A stretch of DNA of 34,868 nt from Symbiobacteriaceae bacterium (GTDB lineage: Bacteria; Bacillota; JAAYKD01; WRDA01): contig WRDA01000002.1 of the NCBI GenBank assembly GCA_009783675.1, forward strand, positions 1 through 34,868. The letters run 5' to 3'. Position 1 is the stretch's first letter; each line of letters starts with the position of its first letter. A program made the translations under genes and the position numbers. This document shows positions 34,379 to 34,868 of the stretch, piece after piece. A model generated the notes under the pieces. That model was not told where the DNA came from. It made no database searches and saw only the letters and a list, made by a program, of their open reading frames with translations.

Positions 34379-34868
34379 ATGTCTCTCGCCGTCGGGCTTA
34401 AGGATGTTCAGGAAGCCAGAGCAAGAATAGCTAAGGTTGTCTTCATGACGCCTCTTTTGCATCGTCCTCTGTTAGGGGATTCTCTGCATCTGCCTCTCTA
34501 CTTTAAGTGCGAAAACTTTCAACAGACAGGAGCATTTAAAATCAGAGGGTCGTATAATAAAATGCTTCAGCTCACTGAGGAGGAATGCGCGCGAGGAGTA
34601 GTTACCGCATCATCAGGCAACAGTGGCTGTGCCACCGCCTATGCCGGGAAAATGTTAGGCATCAATACTGTGGTGGTTACTTCCTCAAACCCTGCTCCTT
34701 CTAAAGTTGCTGCTTGCAAATCCTACGGTGCTGAAATCCACTTTGTGGGTAATTCTTCGTCAGAACGCATTCAACGAGCTATGGAGATCGCACAGGAACG
34801 CAATATGGTGATGGTCCATGCTTATGACGATGCTGCAGTCATCGCTGGACAGGGAACGATCGGATTAG
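34379..34868 (+). CDS. PLP-dependent threonine/serine dehydratase-like enzyme (fold type II), N-terminal part
   Basis: ATG 6 nt after a GAGGAGGG SD. The PLP-lysine motif is ENFQQTGAFKIRG, followed by VTASSGNSG. The frame is open to the window end. Confidence 0.8.
   Translation, partial: MSLAVGLKDVQEARARIAKVVFMTPLLHRPLLGDSLHLPLYFKCENFQQTGAFKIRGSYNKMLQLTEEECARGVVTASSGNSGCATAYAGKMLGINTVVVTSSNPAPSKVAACKSYGAEIHFVGNSSSERIQRAMEIAQERNMVMVHAYDDAAVIAGQGTIGL

Noticed and set aside
1-34868. CRISPR arrays, toxin-antitoxin pairs, restriction-modification or other known defence systems, transposases, and rRNA genes.
   Set aside because: Reading both strands, I found no spaced direct repeats, no nuclease, methylase or transposase motifs, and no rRNA-like sequence. 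The window is dominated by housekeeping genes.

Overview
The window looks like bacterial chromosomal core, about 50% GC, with no mobile elements, CRISPR arrays or rRNA. The DnaD/DnaI replication genes suggest a Firmicutes-like organism. All family calls come from motifs read in the translations; no database search was run.

Gene content, left to right:
- An unknown partial gene, then a TGS-plus-uridine-kinase fusion, rpmB (L28), an aminotransferase and an AIR-synthase-family gene.
- A long division/cell-wall (dcw) cluster: rsmH-ftsL-murF-mraY-murD-ftsW-murG-murC-ddl-ftsQ-ftsA-ftsZ.
- A nearly gapless same-strand array: M20 amidohydrolase, two tandem aldo/keto-reductase-[4Fe-4S] paralogs, nfo, uvrC, a DnaD-domain gene and a dnaI-like gene.
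- A three-gene unit bounded by terminators: an unknown 377-aa protein, a LiaX/YvlB-like DUF4097 protein and a YvlD/LiaZ-like DUF360 membrane protein.
- A tRNA-Pro/tRNA-Trp pair, a split chromate-transporter pair, hslO, a long-form urocanase and a partial Thr/Ser dehydratase-like gene.

Main points of interest:
- The three-gene envelope-stress-like unit is driven by a perfect TTGACA-17-TATAAT promoter, with a perfect DnaA box just upstream. It is the best candidate for an undescribed system, though nothing here proves a function.
- The dcw cluster follows the E. coli gene order but lacks mraZ, ftsI and murE.
- The ftsL-like gene has no canonical start codon that would keep its membrane helix intact.
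- The FtsA-like protein has degenerate ATP motifs and no C-terminal membrane-targeting tail.
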